Of a stretch of DNA of 64,000 nt, positions 40,234 through 50,828 are shown piece by piece. The notes beneath the pieces were generated by a model, which saw only the letters and a program-made list of their open reading frames with translations, ran no database searches and had not been told where the DNA came from. Position 1 is the first letter of the stretch. Every line of letters starts with the position of its first letter. Position numbers and translations under genes: made by a program. Origin of the DNA: Candidatus Latescibacterota bacterium. GTDB taxonomy: Bacteria; Latescibacterota; UBA2968; SICM01. The stretch lies in assembly GCA_965217865.1 (NCBI GenBank), contig CBDCJO010000001.1:288001-352000 (forward strand), written 5' to 3'.

Positions 40234-40455
40234 TCAGGCCGTCCTCCGCCTGGGCGCACCCGCGTCGCGAGGGTCGGCTTCGATCTGCTGCGCGATCCAG
40301 CGTTCGATGTCCTCTCCTCTCCACGCCACCGCCCGCTTGCCGACGCGGCACGGTCGGGGGAAGGTCCCCTCGTTCATCTTGGCATAAATCGTCCCCCGGG
40401 AGAGCCCTGTTCGCGCTTCTACTTCGGGGCGCCGTAAAAACCGTTGGTTGATCAC
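40234..40455 (-). CDS. alpA: AlpA family regulator
   Basis: FLRRPEVEARTGLSRGTIY...FPRPCRVGKRAVAW. Confidence 0.93.
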   Translation of the reverse strand: MINQRFLRRPEVEARTGLSRGTIYAKMNEGTFPRPCRVGKRAVAWRGEDIERWIAQQIEADPRDAGAPRRRTA

Positions 40456-40789
40456 GTCTTTCCTCCTGCGTTATGGGTTTGGTTACCATGCTCTCTCCTT
40501 TGCCGCCGACTGCTCCAGGATTGGGAGCAGTCCAGCACGCCCTAAAGAAACAGAACAAGTTTACATAAGTCAATCTACCCAAATGCTGATTTGGGTAGGT
40601 CTGAAGAGGGTAAACCATCCAGATATGTCTACTGTGCCAGAGGGGGGTATGCCGTTGAGGAATGGGGATAAAAATGAGGGGAACGACTGTTTTACAGAAA
40701 CCTAACTAACATATTTACCAATGATTTAACTTTTTAGACTGGGGGAGACCTCGACAGCGGCGGCAGGTGGCGGTCGAAAGGCGCGATCT

Positions 40790-41383
40790 ATGAACGGGAC
40801 TTCCAGCGGGAGCGACTTGCAAGCCCGTCTCCGGAAGAGGGCCGCCCGGGAGCGGGAACAAATCGAGGCGCTGGTGCAGAGCCAGCTCTGAGCATCTGCG
40901 GCGAGAGCTGGGGGCTGACGCGGGGGCTGTCGAACCGGATCGAAAGCCTCATTGAGACGCGGGCCGTACTCGAGGTGGAGATCGAAGAGCAGCGCCTTAC
41001 TCTGGAGCAGATCGAGCAGGCCGCGTGGGGGGGTGAGCCCGTCGAGAGGAGGAACGGGAGGTTCGTGGTTCTGCCTAGGGGGGTGCTCGCTTCTCCGCCC
41101 TGGAGCGTGGACGGGCGGCATGCCGTGAGGCTGTCGAGCGAGTGAAGGAGGTTTATGACCGAGTTAGAAGAGCGGTTGACGAGCACCTTGAGCGCGCTGT
41201 CGGAGCAGTACGAGGCTTTCGGGAGCAGATGAATCGGCTCGAAGAAGCGGTCAAGGACTTGAAGCCGCAGCTGGAGCGGACCGCAGGGCTGGCCGAGGAT
41301 TTGAAGCGGTAAGTTGAGTTCTTGGCGGAGGACTACAGAAGCGGCAGCGCGGGCCAGAGCGAGACTATGGCCCGAACCGCTGA
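40790..41383 (+). pseudogene. ColE1-type mobilisation remnant (mbeB-like, mbeD-like, relaxase tail)
   Basis: LEQIEQAAWG...NGRFVVLP.G...PWSVDGRHAVRLSSE*; AGGAGG-MTELEERLTSTLSALSEQYE; RGPERDYGPNR* tail; internal stops and frameshifts. Confidence 0.6.
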
Positions 41384-41840
41384 AAGTCGCTCCTGGAGCG
41401 GCCTCCGGCGGTTTTTATCCACAGGCAACCGTGATTCTAGGAAGGTTTCCCCGCTGAAAGTGGAAACACATACAAGTAATAAGACAAGTAGTAGCAGTGC
41501 CCGTGGAAGTTCAGCAACAAACTTCGCTGGATATGGGTGGATGCTTGGATTTCTGGTCGTAGGTTTAGCATTGTCTCCAGTATTCTACAAGATTGTGAGC
41601 ATGTTCATCGAAAACACCCCTTAAGGAAGTTGACCTTATCCAAAGCACCCCTTGAGGAACGACCGAAGGCGTCCGGCTGTTGTACTTGTAGCATGCTTCG
41701 GCAACTTTGCCGCAAAAGGGTACTTATGTCAAATTTTAACATAACTAGTACTTAGCTGCGCAAGTTTCTGCGTGCGAATCCGCTCTTAACATCCTGTTTT
41801 TGCTACGAAATCAGATTGCGCAAATTTCCGCAGGTTGGTA

Positions 41841-43067
41841 CTAGAAAATTTGACCTTGACCGCCCTCCGCGTTCAGATAGGCCGCCCAATCGTCCATGAG
41901 CTTGCGGCGGAGGTCGAACAGGTCTGAACGCGCATAGGCCGCCTCGGCCTTGTCCTTGATGACATGCGCCAGCGCCTCCTCCATGACGGCGCGCGACGCG
42001 TCGGTGCATTCCGACGCCCAGTCGCGGAAGCTCGACCGGAACCCGTGAGGCACCGCCGGAATGCCGAGTTCCCGCAGCAGCTTGGAAAGTGTTGCGTCTG
42101 ACAGCGGTTTGCTATATCTTATACCGGAAAATACCAGACCAGTCTCATCCTGGGCGAGAGTCCGCGCTACACTCAGGACTTCCAGCGCCCGCCCGGACAG
42201 CGGCACCCGGTGGGAACGCTTCGCCTTCATGCGCTCGCCGGGGATGGTCCACTGGCGGGCTTCCAGGTAGATTTCGTCCCACCGGGCCAAGCGAACCTCG
42301 CCCGAACGGCACGCCGTCAGCACCAGGAACTCGAAGGCCAGCTTCGCGGTCATGGAAGCTTCCGAAGCCCGCACCGCCTCTATCGCGTCTGCAACCTGGC
42401 TGTGGGGAAGCGCCCGCTGGTGGCACTTGATGCCGGCATGCCGGGGCAGGGCCGCGCCTATCGCGTCGCCGGCGGGGTTGTCTTGCCGCAAGCCTTGCGC
42501 CACGGCCCACTTCATCACCGCGCCGATACGCTGACGCACCCGCCGCGCGGTCTCCGGCTTCTCGTGCCAGATCCGCGTCAGCACCGACATCACGTCCGCC
42601 GTGGTCACGTCCGACACCGAACACCGGCCCAGGCGCGGGAACACGTACTGGCGTAGCGACGATTCCCATTGCGCCTCGCTCTTGCCGCCGTTCTTCCAGG
42701 AAGGCCGGTGAATTTCTATCACCCTCGCGGCGGCTTCCTCGAACGTGGGCATGCCTTGATCCTTGCGCTTCTCAGCGAGCGGGTCGCCGCCCGAGCGCGC
42801 ATGTTTGCGGTTGACAAGCGCCTGCTCGCGGGCTTCGGCCAGCGTCACCAGAGGAAAGCCGCCCAGGCCAAGCTCGCGCCGCCGTCCGCGAATCGTCAGC
42901 CGTTGCACCCAGCAGCGCGCGCCGGTGTCCGTGACCAGCAGATAGAGTCCGTGCCCGTCGCAGTACCGGCCCGGCTTCGGCACCGTTCGGACAAAGGCTG
43001 CGCTCAGCGCCTTCTCGGGATGCCGGCCGTGCTTGCGTCCGGCCTTCAATGGGGTTGGATCCGCCAT
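41841..43067 (-). CDS. int: P4-family tyrosine integrase (intact)
   Basis: Arm domain DGHGLYL..; catalytic R (TACRSGE), K (MKA), HxxR (HGFR), H (LAH), Y (AAY). Confidence 0.96.
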   Translation of the reverse strand: MADPTPLKAGRKHGRHPEKALSAAFVRTVPKPGRYCDGHGLYLLVTDTGARCWVQRLTIRGRRRELGLGGFPLVTLAEAREQALVNRKHARSGGDPLAEKRKDQGMPTFEEAAARVIEIHRPSWKNGGKSEAQWESSLRQYVFPRLGRCSVSDVTTADVMSVLTRIWHEKPETARRVRQRIGAVMKWAVAQGLRQDNPAGDAIGAALPRHAGIKCHQRALPHSQVADAIEAVRASEASMTAKLAFEFLVLTACRSGEVRLARWDEIYLEARQWTIPGERMKAKRSHRVPLSGRALEVLSVARTLAQDETGLVFSGIRYSKPLSDATLSKLLRELGIPAVPHGFRSSFRDWASECTDASRAVMEEALAHVIKDKAEAAYARSDLFDLRRKLMDDWAAYLNAEGGQGQIF

Positions 43068-43241
43068 TTCGATTCCCCTTTTGTTAGGGTTGTGTTCGTC
43101 ATTCCATTCCCCGTTATTCTCCCCTCAATTATAAGGGGAATATACCGAAACACGCTGGAACAGTCAAGTTTTATTTTGTTCAATATCTCCTTTGTATACA
43201 GAATCTTACCGAAACATTCAGGAATGCGTTAGAATCGTAAA

Positions 43242-43262
43242 TGGCGGACTCCCTCTCCGCCA
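43242..43262. repeat. attR core: TGGCGGA-CTCCCTC-TCCGCCA
   Basis: Perfect 7-bp inverted arms around a 7-bp overlap; last 14 bp equal the tRNA-Ser(GCT) 3' end. Confidence 0.88.
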
Positions 43263-43352
43263 CAACACCGACGTGGTCTGTATATTGTCACGTTTTTTTT
43301 ATGCCCGCCCCTGAACCTCGGCCTTCACTTCAAGATTTGGAGAAGATTCGGT

Positions 43353-44387
43353 ATGGGAGAAAAAACGATTCGAATCGGAGTCATCGGGGCCGGAAAAATC
43401 GTCAGGAGCCGGCACATGCCGGGCCTGGAGAAGATCCCGGGGATTGAGGTCGTGGCCGTGTGCAATCGGACCCGCGCATCGTCCGAGAAATTTGCGAAGG
43501 AATACGACATACCCGAAGTCGTGGAACAATGGGAGGACCTGATCGATCGGTCCGACGTCGACGCCGTGCTGATCGGGACCTGGCCCTACATGCACCGCAT
43601 CCTGACCGTATCCGCGCTGGATGCCGGCAAGCACGTCTTCTGTCAGGCGCGGATGGCCATGAACTACGAAGACGCTAAAGCCATGTACCTCAGGGCGAGG
43701 CGGTCCGACAGGGTGACGATGCTCTGTCCGGCAACCCCTCCCGGCGATCCCCAGCTCCGAAAACTCCTGAACGACGGGTACGTCGGTCGCGTCTACGCGG
43801 CGGGGCTTCGGGCTTGCGACGACAGCCTGGCCGACCCGGAAACGCCTTTCATGTGGCGGATGAACCCGGATCTGTCCGGCTATAACACCATGACCCTCGG
43901 GATATTCGCCGAAAACATGCGCCGCTGGCTTGGGGACACGCGCTCTTTGTGCGCGCACGGAAAAACCTTTATCCCCGACCGCAAGGACCCGGATACGGGC
44001 CAGCGCAGGCGGGCAGGCGTGTTCGACACCCTGATGATCTCGTCCGAAGCCGAGTCGGGCGCCCTCGTGCAATACACCTTCAGCGGCGTGACCCGGTTCT
44101 CGGGACCCAACTGCGTCGAGATCTTCGGAAGCGACGGCACGATCCAATACGACCTCGAAGCAAACGAGATCAGGGGGGCTCGCAAGGGGGACAAGGAACT
44201 CTCCCTCATCCCGTTCGACGAGGTCGAAGAGAGGAACATCGAGCAGGACTTCATCGATGCGATTCGGGAGGGACGGGAGGGCCATCCGGATTTTTACGAT
44301 GGGTTGAAGTACATGGAATTCACGGAGGCCGTTTACCGGTCTGTAGAAACCGGAAAGAGGATCGATTTGCCTTTCGAGAGGATCTGA
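43353..44387 (+). CDS. Gfo/Idh/MocA family oxidoreductase
   Basis: IGVIGAGKI Rossmann motif; DAVLIGTWP..H; AGKHVFCQAR. Confidence 0.9.
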   Translation: MGEKTIRIGVIGAGKIVRSRHMPGLEKIPGIEVVAVCNRTRASSEKFAKEYDIPEVVEQWEDLIDRSDVDAVLIGTWPYMHRILTVSALDAGKHVFCQARMAMNYEDAKAMYLRARRSDRVTMLCPATPPGDPQLRKLLNDGYVGRVYAAGLRACDDSLADPETPFMWRMNPDLSGYNTMTLGIFAENMRRWLGDTRSLCAHGKTFIPDRKDPDTGQRRRAGVFDTLMISSEAESGALVQYTFSGVTRFSGPNCVEIFGSDGTIQYDLEANEIRGARKGDKELSLIPFDEVEERNIEQDFIDAIREGREGHPDFYDGLKYMEFTEAVYRSVETGKRIDLPFERI

Positions 44388-45832
44388 TGGATGTGCTCCG
44401 CTTCTCTCCATCCCCCACCGGCGCCCTTCACGTCGGTGGCGTTCGCACGGCGCTGTTGAACTGGCTCCACGCCAGGCATTACGGAGGAAAGGTCCTCGTT
44501 CGGATCGAGGACACGGATCAAGAGCGTTCGGACCTGAAGTCGGTTGAAGTCATCCTGGACGGATTCCGATGGCTCGGTATCGATTTCGACGGGGAACCGG
44601 TCTTCCAATCCCGCAACGTGGAGACGCACCGTCGTTACGTCCGGGCCATGCTGGAGACGGGTCACGCTTACACCTGCTACTGTTCCCCCGAAGTCCTGGA
44701 AGAAAAGCGAAAGCAGGCGATGGCCGAGAAACGGCAGCCGAAATATGACGGGACCTGCCGGGACCTGACATCCGATCAGCGAGCAAAGCAAGAAGCGAAG
44801 GGCATACCCGGAGTCGTCCGTCTTCGGGTACCCGATGGGGAAACCGTCTGGAACGACCTTGTGCGTGGGGAGAGCCGCAGGTCGAACGACGTGCTCGACG
44901 ACCTGATCCTGATGCGCTCGAACGGATGGCCCACCTACAACCTGGCCGTGGTGGTAGACGACCACGAGATGGGCGTGACCCTGGTCATGCGGGCGGCCGA
45001 ACACCTGTCGAACACACCCAAACAGATCCTGATCGCTAAGGCCATGGGCTTCTCACCCCCTCAATTCGCCCATCTCTGCATCATCCTCGGACCCGATAAG
45101 CGGAAGCTGAGCAAGCGCCACGGAGCTTCCTCGATCACCGATTACCGGGAACAGGGCTTTCTGCCCGAAGCGACCCTCAACTTTTTATCCCTTCTCGGGT
45201 GGTCCCCGAAAGACGGCCGTGAGAAGATGACCCTACAGGAGATGGTCGACGCCTACTCGATCGAGGGACTGAACGTAAAGGATGCCGTTTTTGACGAGCA
45301 GAAATTGGAATGGCTGAACGGGCAGCACCTCGCCGACCTGCCGATGGATCGACTCGTCAACGAAATCACACCCCTCTGGATCCAGGCGGGATTTCTTTCC
45401 GATTCCGAGATCCAGAACCGCCGCGCGTGGCTGGAACAGGTAATTACACTGTTAAAGGAGCGGTGCAAACGGCTGGTCGACTTCATCGACCGCGGCCGGT
45501 ATTTCTTCGAAGAACCCGCGACCTATGAAGAGACTGCCCGAAAGAAACACTTGTCGGATCCGGAGGTCGCGAATCGGCTGACCGAACTGGCGGACCGGTA
45601 CGAGTCCGTCGAGACCTTCGACAGGACCTCTGCCGAAGAGGAGCTCAGAGCGCTGTCGGAGTCGTTGAGCATGTCCGCGGGCAAACTGATCCACCCGACC
45701 CGCCTTGCGGTATCCGGGGTATCAGGCGGACCGGGATTATTCGAGATGCTGGAAACCCTGGGACGGGAAACCGTGGTTCGCCGAATACGGAAAGCTGTGG
45801 AATTCCTTCAAAAGGAAACGCAAACCGTATGA
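44387..45832 (+). CDS. gltX: Glutamate-tRNA ligase
   Basis: RFSPSPTGALHVGG (HIGH), RIEDTD, PTYN..VVDD, KLSKR (KMSKS). Confidence 0.96.
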   Translation: MDVLRFSPSPTGALHVGGVRTALLNWLHARHYGGKVLVRIEDTDQERSDLKSVEVILDGFRWLGIDFDGEPVFQSRNVETHRRYVRAMLETGHAYTCYCSPEVLEEKRKQAMAEKRQPKYDGTCRDLTSDQRAKQEAKGIPGVVRLRVPDGETVWNDLVRGESRRSNDVLDDLILMRSNGWPTYNLAVVVDDHEMGVTLVMRAAEHLSNTPKQILIAKAMGFSPPQFAHLCIILGPDKRKLSKRHGASSITDYREQGFLPEATLNFLSLLGWSPKDGREKMTLQEMVDAYSIEGLNVKDAVFDEQKLEWLNGQHLADLPMDRLVNEITPLWIQAGFLSDSEIQNRRAWLEQVITLLKERCKRLVDFIDRGRYFFEEPATYEETARKKHLSDPEVANRLTELADRYESVETFDRTSAEEELRALSESLSMSAGKLIHPTRLAVSGVSGGPGLFEMLETLGRETVVRRIRKAVEFLQKETQTV

Positions 45833-45933
45833 GTGGTGAACCATTCGAAGAAGATCAAGATATGTTTTTCTTCAACCAGGCTCCTGACCCCTGTATTCTA
45901 CCTTTTTCGCTAGAGAACCCATTTATTTCCAAT

Positions 45934-45962
45934 TTGCTTTCTTCTGTTCAAAATTATATAAT
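45934..45962 (+). promoter_or_regulatory. sigma70-type promoter for tRNA-Gln
   Basis: TTGCTT-17 bp-TATAAT. Confidence 0.7.
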
Positions 45963-45978
45963 TTACAGAAAGATTTTC

Positions 45979-46052
45979 TGCGCCCTCGTCTAATGGTAAG
46001 ACTCATGACTCTGGATCATGCTATCGGGGTTCAAATCCTCGGGGCGCAGCCA
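45979..46052 (+). tRNA. tRNA-Gln(CTG)
   Basis: Acceptor TGCGCCC/GGGCGCA, anticodon arm CATGA-CTCTGGA-TCATG, GTTCAAATC, CCA. Confidence 0.93.
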
Positions 46053-46060
46053 TAAAATTC

Positions 46061-46100
46061 AAAGGGCTTGTTTCGCAAAAAGTTAGCGATCAAGCCCTTT
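46061..46100 (+). terminator. Hairpin downstream of tRNA-Gln
   Basis: AAAGGGCTTG...CAAGCCCTTT. Confidence 0.55.
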
Positions 46101-46160
46101 CTAATTCCAAATTTGTGGGTGTTGGCCGCTCCAAACACCTATTCTTACATTCGATGTTCT

Positions 46161-47232
46161 ATGATCACCGCCCACGCCGACGTTGTCGGGAGCCTGCTTC
46201 GCCCTCCCGAACTCTTAAAGGCTCAAAAGGACCTGGCCGCCGGCATTATCTCCCGGGCCGAATTCAAAGCTGTTGAAGACCGAGCGGTCGACTGGGCTAT
46301 CATACTTCAGGAGAGGGCAGGCCTCGAGATCCTCACCGACGGCGAGATGCGCCGCCTTTCCTTTCAGAGCCAGATGACCGGTGCGGTGGACGGTTTTGGA
46401 GAATGGGACCTGGATGCTTTTTTATGGGGGGACTGGAAGGCGATGGGGACGTTGGGAATTGGCGTAAAGAACGGCCTCGCGCACCGAATGCACCCCGAAG
46501 ATCACCATTCCCAGCCCGAGCCTCTGGGTGAATTTCTGGTCCCCCGAACATTCCGTTCACGCCTATCCTACCCTCGAGGGGTTCCTGGCAGATGTCGTCG
46601 ATATATTGCGAAGAGAAGTCGCGGAGCTGATCCGCTTGGGTGCCCTATACATCCAGATCGACGCCCCCCACTACCCGCTGCTGCTCGATCCCAAAACCAG
46701 GTCCTTTTACGAAAGGAATGGATGGACCATCGAGAAATGGCTGGACCTCGGGATCGAGATGGACAATGCCGTGATCGGGGATCATTCCGATGAGATCTTT
46801 GGCATCCATCTCTGCCGGGGAAATCAGGGAAGCCGGTACCTGGCGGAAGGCGATTATGGTCCGATCGCTGCGATCTTTCGGAGAATCAAGGCCCAGCGGC
46901 TGCTGCTGGAATATGACGACGAGCGCTCCGGGTCCTTCGGCCCTCTGAAAGAAGTGCCCGAGGACAAGACAGTCGTTCTGGGATTGATCACAACCAAGTC
47001 CCCCCGTCATGAAACCCCGGAGGAACTAACCGAAAGGATCATTGATGCGAGCCGATTCGTCCCGCTCGATCGATTGGCTCTAAGCCCCCAGTGCGGTTTT
47101 TCCACATCGATCGTCGGGAATCGAATATCCATTGAGGATCAGAGACAAAAGCTGGGGGTACTGGTCGAAACGGCGAGGAGGGTGTGGGGAGGGAAGGGAA
47201 ATGAAAAATACAAATTGAAAATTTTAAAATAG
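46161..47232 (+). pseudogene. Cobalamin-independent methionine synthase II family, frameshifted with an apparent internal deletion near 46440-46485
   Basis: VGSLLRP, TDGEMRR, IQIDAP, HLCRGN, LEYD, LSPQCGF split over two frames. Confidence 0.85.
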
Positions 47233-47384
47233 GGACAGGGACAACAGCCTGCGGTGCCATACGAGGGATCTTAAATGCGTAGCTCGGGAATCGGGTAGCC
47301 GATAAATTTGTGATAAGGGCACGATGCATCGTGCCCCTACGTCTCACCTCTCACGTCTCACGGTTTTTCCTGCTACTGCCACTG

Positions 47385-48329
47385 CTACTGCTTTTCCCTT
47401 CCCCTGTCGATAGACTTCTGGATCCGGTCCAGAATCCGCATATCCGGAAGGCATGCCTTGCAGCTGGTGAGAGGCTTGCGGCCTTCCCGAATGGCACTGA
47501 AGAACTCCCGGTCCTGCATCTCCCAGCCCGGACCCTTCAGCGGCACCTCGTTTCCTTCGAAGTCCGTCAGTTTTCCTCCCTGGATCAGTAAGCTTTTCTC
47601 CTCACCGATGAATCGGGACCTCCCCACAATCGGTCCGTGGTGGTTGAAAGACAGGACCGCGCTGACAAGGCACCCCTCTTTCGATCGCATCCCCACCGTC
47701 ACGTCCATCGGAATTCCGAGCCGGGGATGATCCGGACCCACCTGGCCCCAGGCTTCGATATCCGGGTCGTCCAGAAGCCAGAAGATTAAATCAACCATAT
47801 GACATCCCTGGTGCCAGAGCAGATCATCCGTCCAGGTTCTGGGTGTTCCGAAGCGGTTGGTATTCTTTCTCCGTAGGAAATAAGTCTCCGACACGATATG
47901 ATAGAGGTGCAGTTCTCCCTCCTTCACGCGCCTGTAGATCTCCCTGTGCGCTGGATCATAGCGCTGAGTGTGGCAGACCATGCAGACCAGACCCGACTTC
48001 TCTTCCAGCTCGACCACCCGCTCCGATTCCTCCAGGCTTAATCCCATCGGAATCTCGACGAGCACGTGTTTTCCCATGTTCAGGGCCAGCTCCGTCTGAG
48101 AAGCGTGAATCTGATTCGGCGTCGTGAGCACGACGGCCTCCACCCCTGGCTGTTTCAGGCACGCCTCGAGATCCATCGAACAATGGGGAATCCCCCATTT
48201 CTTCGCGAAGGCCACGGCATCCGCCTCAATCCCCCCGGCCAGCGTCACCACTTCGACATCCTCTATATTTCGCAAAGCCCCCATATGGGTGAGACCCTGA
48301 GCGCCCTCACCTGCGAGACAGATCTTCAT
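47385..48329 (-). CDS. Gfo/Idh/MocA oxidoreductase, LigC/PmdC-like
   Basis: GKHVLVEIP; RRKNTN..G.PRTWTDDLLWHQGCH resembles CHMS dehydrogenase. Confidence 0.75.
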   Translation of the reverse strand: MKICLAGEGAQGLTHMGALRNIEDVEVVTLAGGIEADAVAFAKKWGIPHCSMDLEACLKQPGVEAVVLTTPNQIHASQTELALNMGKHVLVEIPMGLSLEESERVVELEEKSGLVCMVCHTQRYDPAHREIYRRVKEGELHLYHIVSETYFLRRKNTNRFGTPRTWTDDLLWHQGCHMVDLIFWLLDDPDIEAWGQVGPDHPRLGIPMDVTVGMRSKEGCLVSAVLSFNHHGPIVGRSRFIGEEKSLLIQGGKLTDFEGNEVPLKGPGWEMQDREFFSAIREGRKPLTSCKACLPDMRILDRIQKSIDRGREKQ

Positions 48330-48589
48330 AACCGGTTCCCCTTTTTTGGGAGCATCATACATGAATCACTCAGACTCAAGACTCGGGACCCGCGACTTAC
48401 GCCTTGTGTCCGGTCCGCAGAACAATCCATTGGGATTCCCTTTATCGAAAACTAGAACCTCCAACTCCATCCTGCGCAATCTACTCGCGCCAACTTCGTA
48501 AGTCAATAAGGATCCCAGATCCTTTGGTCTTGACAATTTTAAGTTTCCGGACAATATTAGCCGGGCACTCCCCGTCAAGGAATTGAAGA

Positions 48590-49873
48590 ATGAAAAATAA
48601 CAATTTAGAATATAGAATTCCTCGCATCCTCATCCGTTCCACTGTTCCGTTTCTCCTTCTTATCTTTTTCTTTCCCACCTCCGCCCGGCCGGTTGGAGAT
48701 CTGTCCCACCTGCTGACCCTCCGTCAGGAATATAACGCAATCTCAGCTCGGATCGACAGCCTGGTCCGGGCGATGGAGGCGATCGATCCGGAGGCCCTTT
48801 CGGAGAAGCGGCTTCCCGGTCCGGATGAAGGGGCGCTGATTCCGGACGGAATGGAGGCCGTACTGATATTCTGGGCAGACGATGAGGCACGCGTCTGGTT
48901 GAACGGCTTCCTGATCGGCGAAACACGCCTGACACCGGTCGAGGTGACGATTCCCGCGCTTTATTTTCGGGCCGTCAATCGGATCACCGTCCGTTCCTGG
49001 GATACGGACTGGGTCGAGAGCGGATTTCTCTGCGGCCTCTATTTGAGGGATCGTTCCGGGCGGCTCCATCCGATACTGGGATCCGACAGGAAGTGGTCGG
49101 TAGCGGGCTCGCCCGTTCAGGAGATCACTTATGCCCATCCGGTACCCGATATCCCCGGGGGAGAGGTGATCTGGGGCCCCCAGCTTTTCGGGACCGTCCG
49201 AATGGAACGGACCTTCGACCACAAAGCGATCACGAATGCGGCCTCGAAAGCGGAACTGGACGCTGTTCTGCCCTCGGAGATTCGCAGGCAGCGGATGGAT
49301 TACCACGCCTTCCTCCAGAGCCTGGCCGTGCTGAAAGAGCGCCGGAACGAGTTGAAAACGAAAATGCAGGAAGCGGCGGCCGGAAAGCCGAACCCTACTG
49401 CTTTCAAGGGTGAAGGCAGGAGGTCCTTGAGCCTGACCCTGGGCAAGGCCGGACCCCTGCGCGAGGCGATGACGCTTCCCGTAGCAGAAGGGGTCCAGCG
49501 TTGGGCCCAGGCGCTGTCCGAGACCCAAAAAAGATTGCTCTATCCTGAACGACGGGACCTGAAAGGAGAGGAAGCCGCCAACCCCGCATTCCGGGGTGTC
49601 GGTGAGGGGGATGGAAAAAGCGGGGAACGTCAGCTTTCTTATCGTCCCCCAAGTGAGCAGGGAACGGTTCTCCCCTTGGAAACAGGAGGCGAGGAAAAAG
49701 CCACCGGAACCGGGGAAATCGGGACCGCTGGAAGCGGATCGGGGGAAGGCGATCCCCGAAAGTCCAGATTGGGACTCTGGGTCCCGACCCTGTTACTGAT
49801 GATCTACGTGGCCTACACCATTATTCGGTGGGAGGATCTAACCGGAGGGAATGCGAGGTATCCATGGAATTGA
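48590..49873 (+). CDS. Exported, C-terminally anchored hypothetical protein
   Basis: N-terminal hydrophobic segment, ADDEARVWLNG jelly-roll-like motif, C-terminal TM. Confidence 0.65.
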   Translation: MKNNNLEYRIPRILIRSTVPFLLLIFFFPTSARPVGDLSHLLTLRQEYNAISARIDSLVRAMEAIDPEALSEKRLPGPDEGALIPDGMEAVLIFWADDEARVWLNGFLIGETRLTPVEVTIPALYFRAVNRITVRSWDTDWVESGFLCGLYLRDRSGRLHPILGSDRKWSVAGSPVQEITYAHPVPDIPGGEVIWGPQLFGTVRMERTFDHKAITNAASKAELDAVLPSEIRRQRMDYHAFLQSLAVLKERRNELKTKMQEAAAGKPNPTAFKGEGRRSLSLTLGKAGPLREAMTLPVAEGVQRWAQALSETQKRLLYPERRDLKGEEAANPAFRGVGEGDGKSGERQLSYRPPSEQGTVLPLETGGEEKATGTGEIGTAGSGSGEGDPRKSRLGLWVPTLLLMIYVAYTIIRWEDLTGGNARYPWN

Positions 49874-49902
49874 GCTGGATGGAAGGGTTGTCGTCGATTG
49901 TC

Positions 49903-50540
49903 TTAATGGCCGTATCGGCGATGGCCGGGGCGCTGGTGATGATGCGACGGATGGACGAAATCTGCAGCTCGGAGAGCCGCTACCAACTGTAGGGGCCCTT
50001 TCTGCTCTTGACGATGATACCGAATATATTGCTCAATCACTTCAGAAGTCACCTTGTCGCCTACGGTGCGGGCAAAATAACCATCTTCCCAGAATTCTCC
50101 ACCCCATAACTCCCGTTTCACCTCTGGATGTTCTCGGAAGACCCCGCTGCCCGAAATACTCTTCAAAATGCCCACTACCTTAGAAATCGAATACCGGGGA
50201 GGAAACGACAAGAAAATATGCACATGATCTTCGGCCACTTCCATCTCTTGGATGTCAAAACCAAAATCCTCTGCTATCCGATGAAACAACTTGCCCACAT
50301 ACTCTCGAAGGTCACCTCGCAGAATCCATTTCCGATACTTCGGTGCCCATACCAGATGATACTGGCTATCATAGACTGCGTGACTGGTCCGTCGGAGTCC
50401 CATCGTATGCCTCCTGAGTCGATATGAGTCTCAGTGGTATGCACACGATAAGACAGCCTTTTAGCTTGCCTTCGGCAAGCTAAACTTTCCTCCCCTTCCA
50501 AAGGAAGGGGTATCCAAGTTCAAATACTTTCATGAAGGGA
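49903..50540 (-). mobile_element. tnpA: IS200/IS605 element with tnpA (49903-50403)
   Basis: YHLVWAPKYR, HUH DHVHIF, LWGGEFWEDGYF, catalytic Y in IEQYI; left-end hairpins; right end not evident. Confidence 0.92.
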
Positions 50541-50828
50541 AAGGCGAGATCCTGAGTACCTAAGAAAATGAAGGTCGTCGTCCCCTTCTCCTGCTAAGCG
50601 GGAGAAGGGGATACAGGGGATGAGGGCGTTAGAACGGACATCCTTCGCCTAAAAGCGGTACCAAATTCAAGGTTAATTCTTTAACACGCCAGTAGAAAGG
50701 ATCATTTTGATACTGAACTACAAAAACCACAGGGGCACGGCGAGAGCCGTGCCCCTGTATTTGTCCATAACATTCTGTATTTGATGTCCCCATCCTCACC
50801 CCACCTCCACTGGAACCTGCCCACCGAT

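Noticed and set aside
43949-44386. N-terminal extension of GltX
   Set aside because: Overlaps the oxidoreductase in another frame; GltX homology starts at ATG 44387
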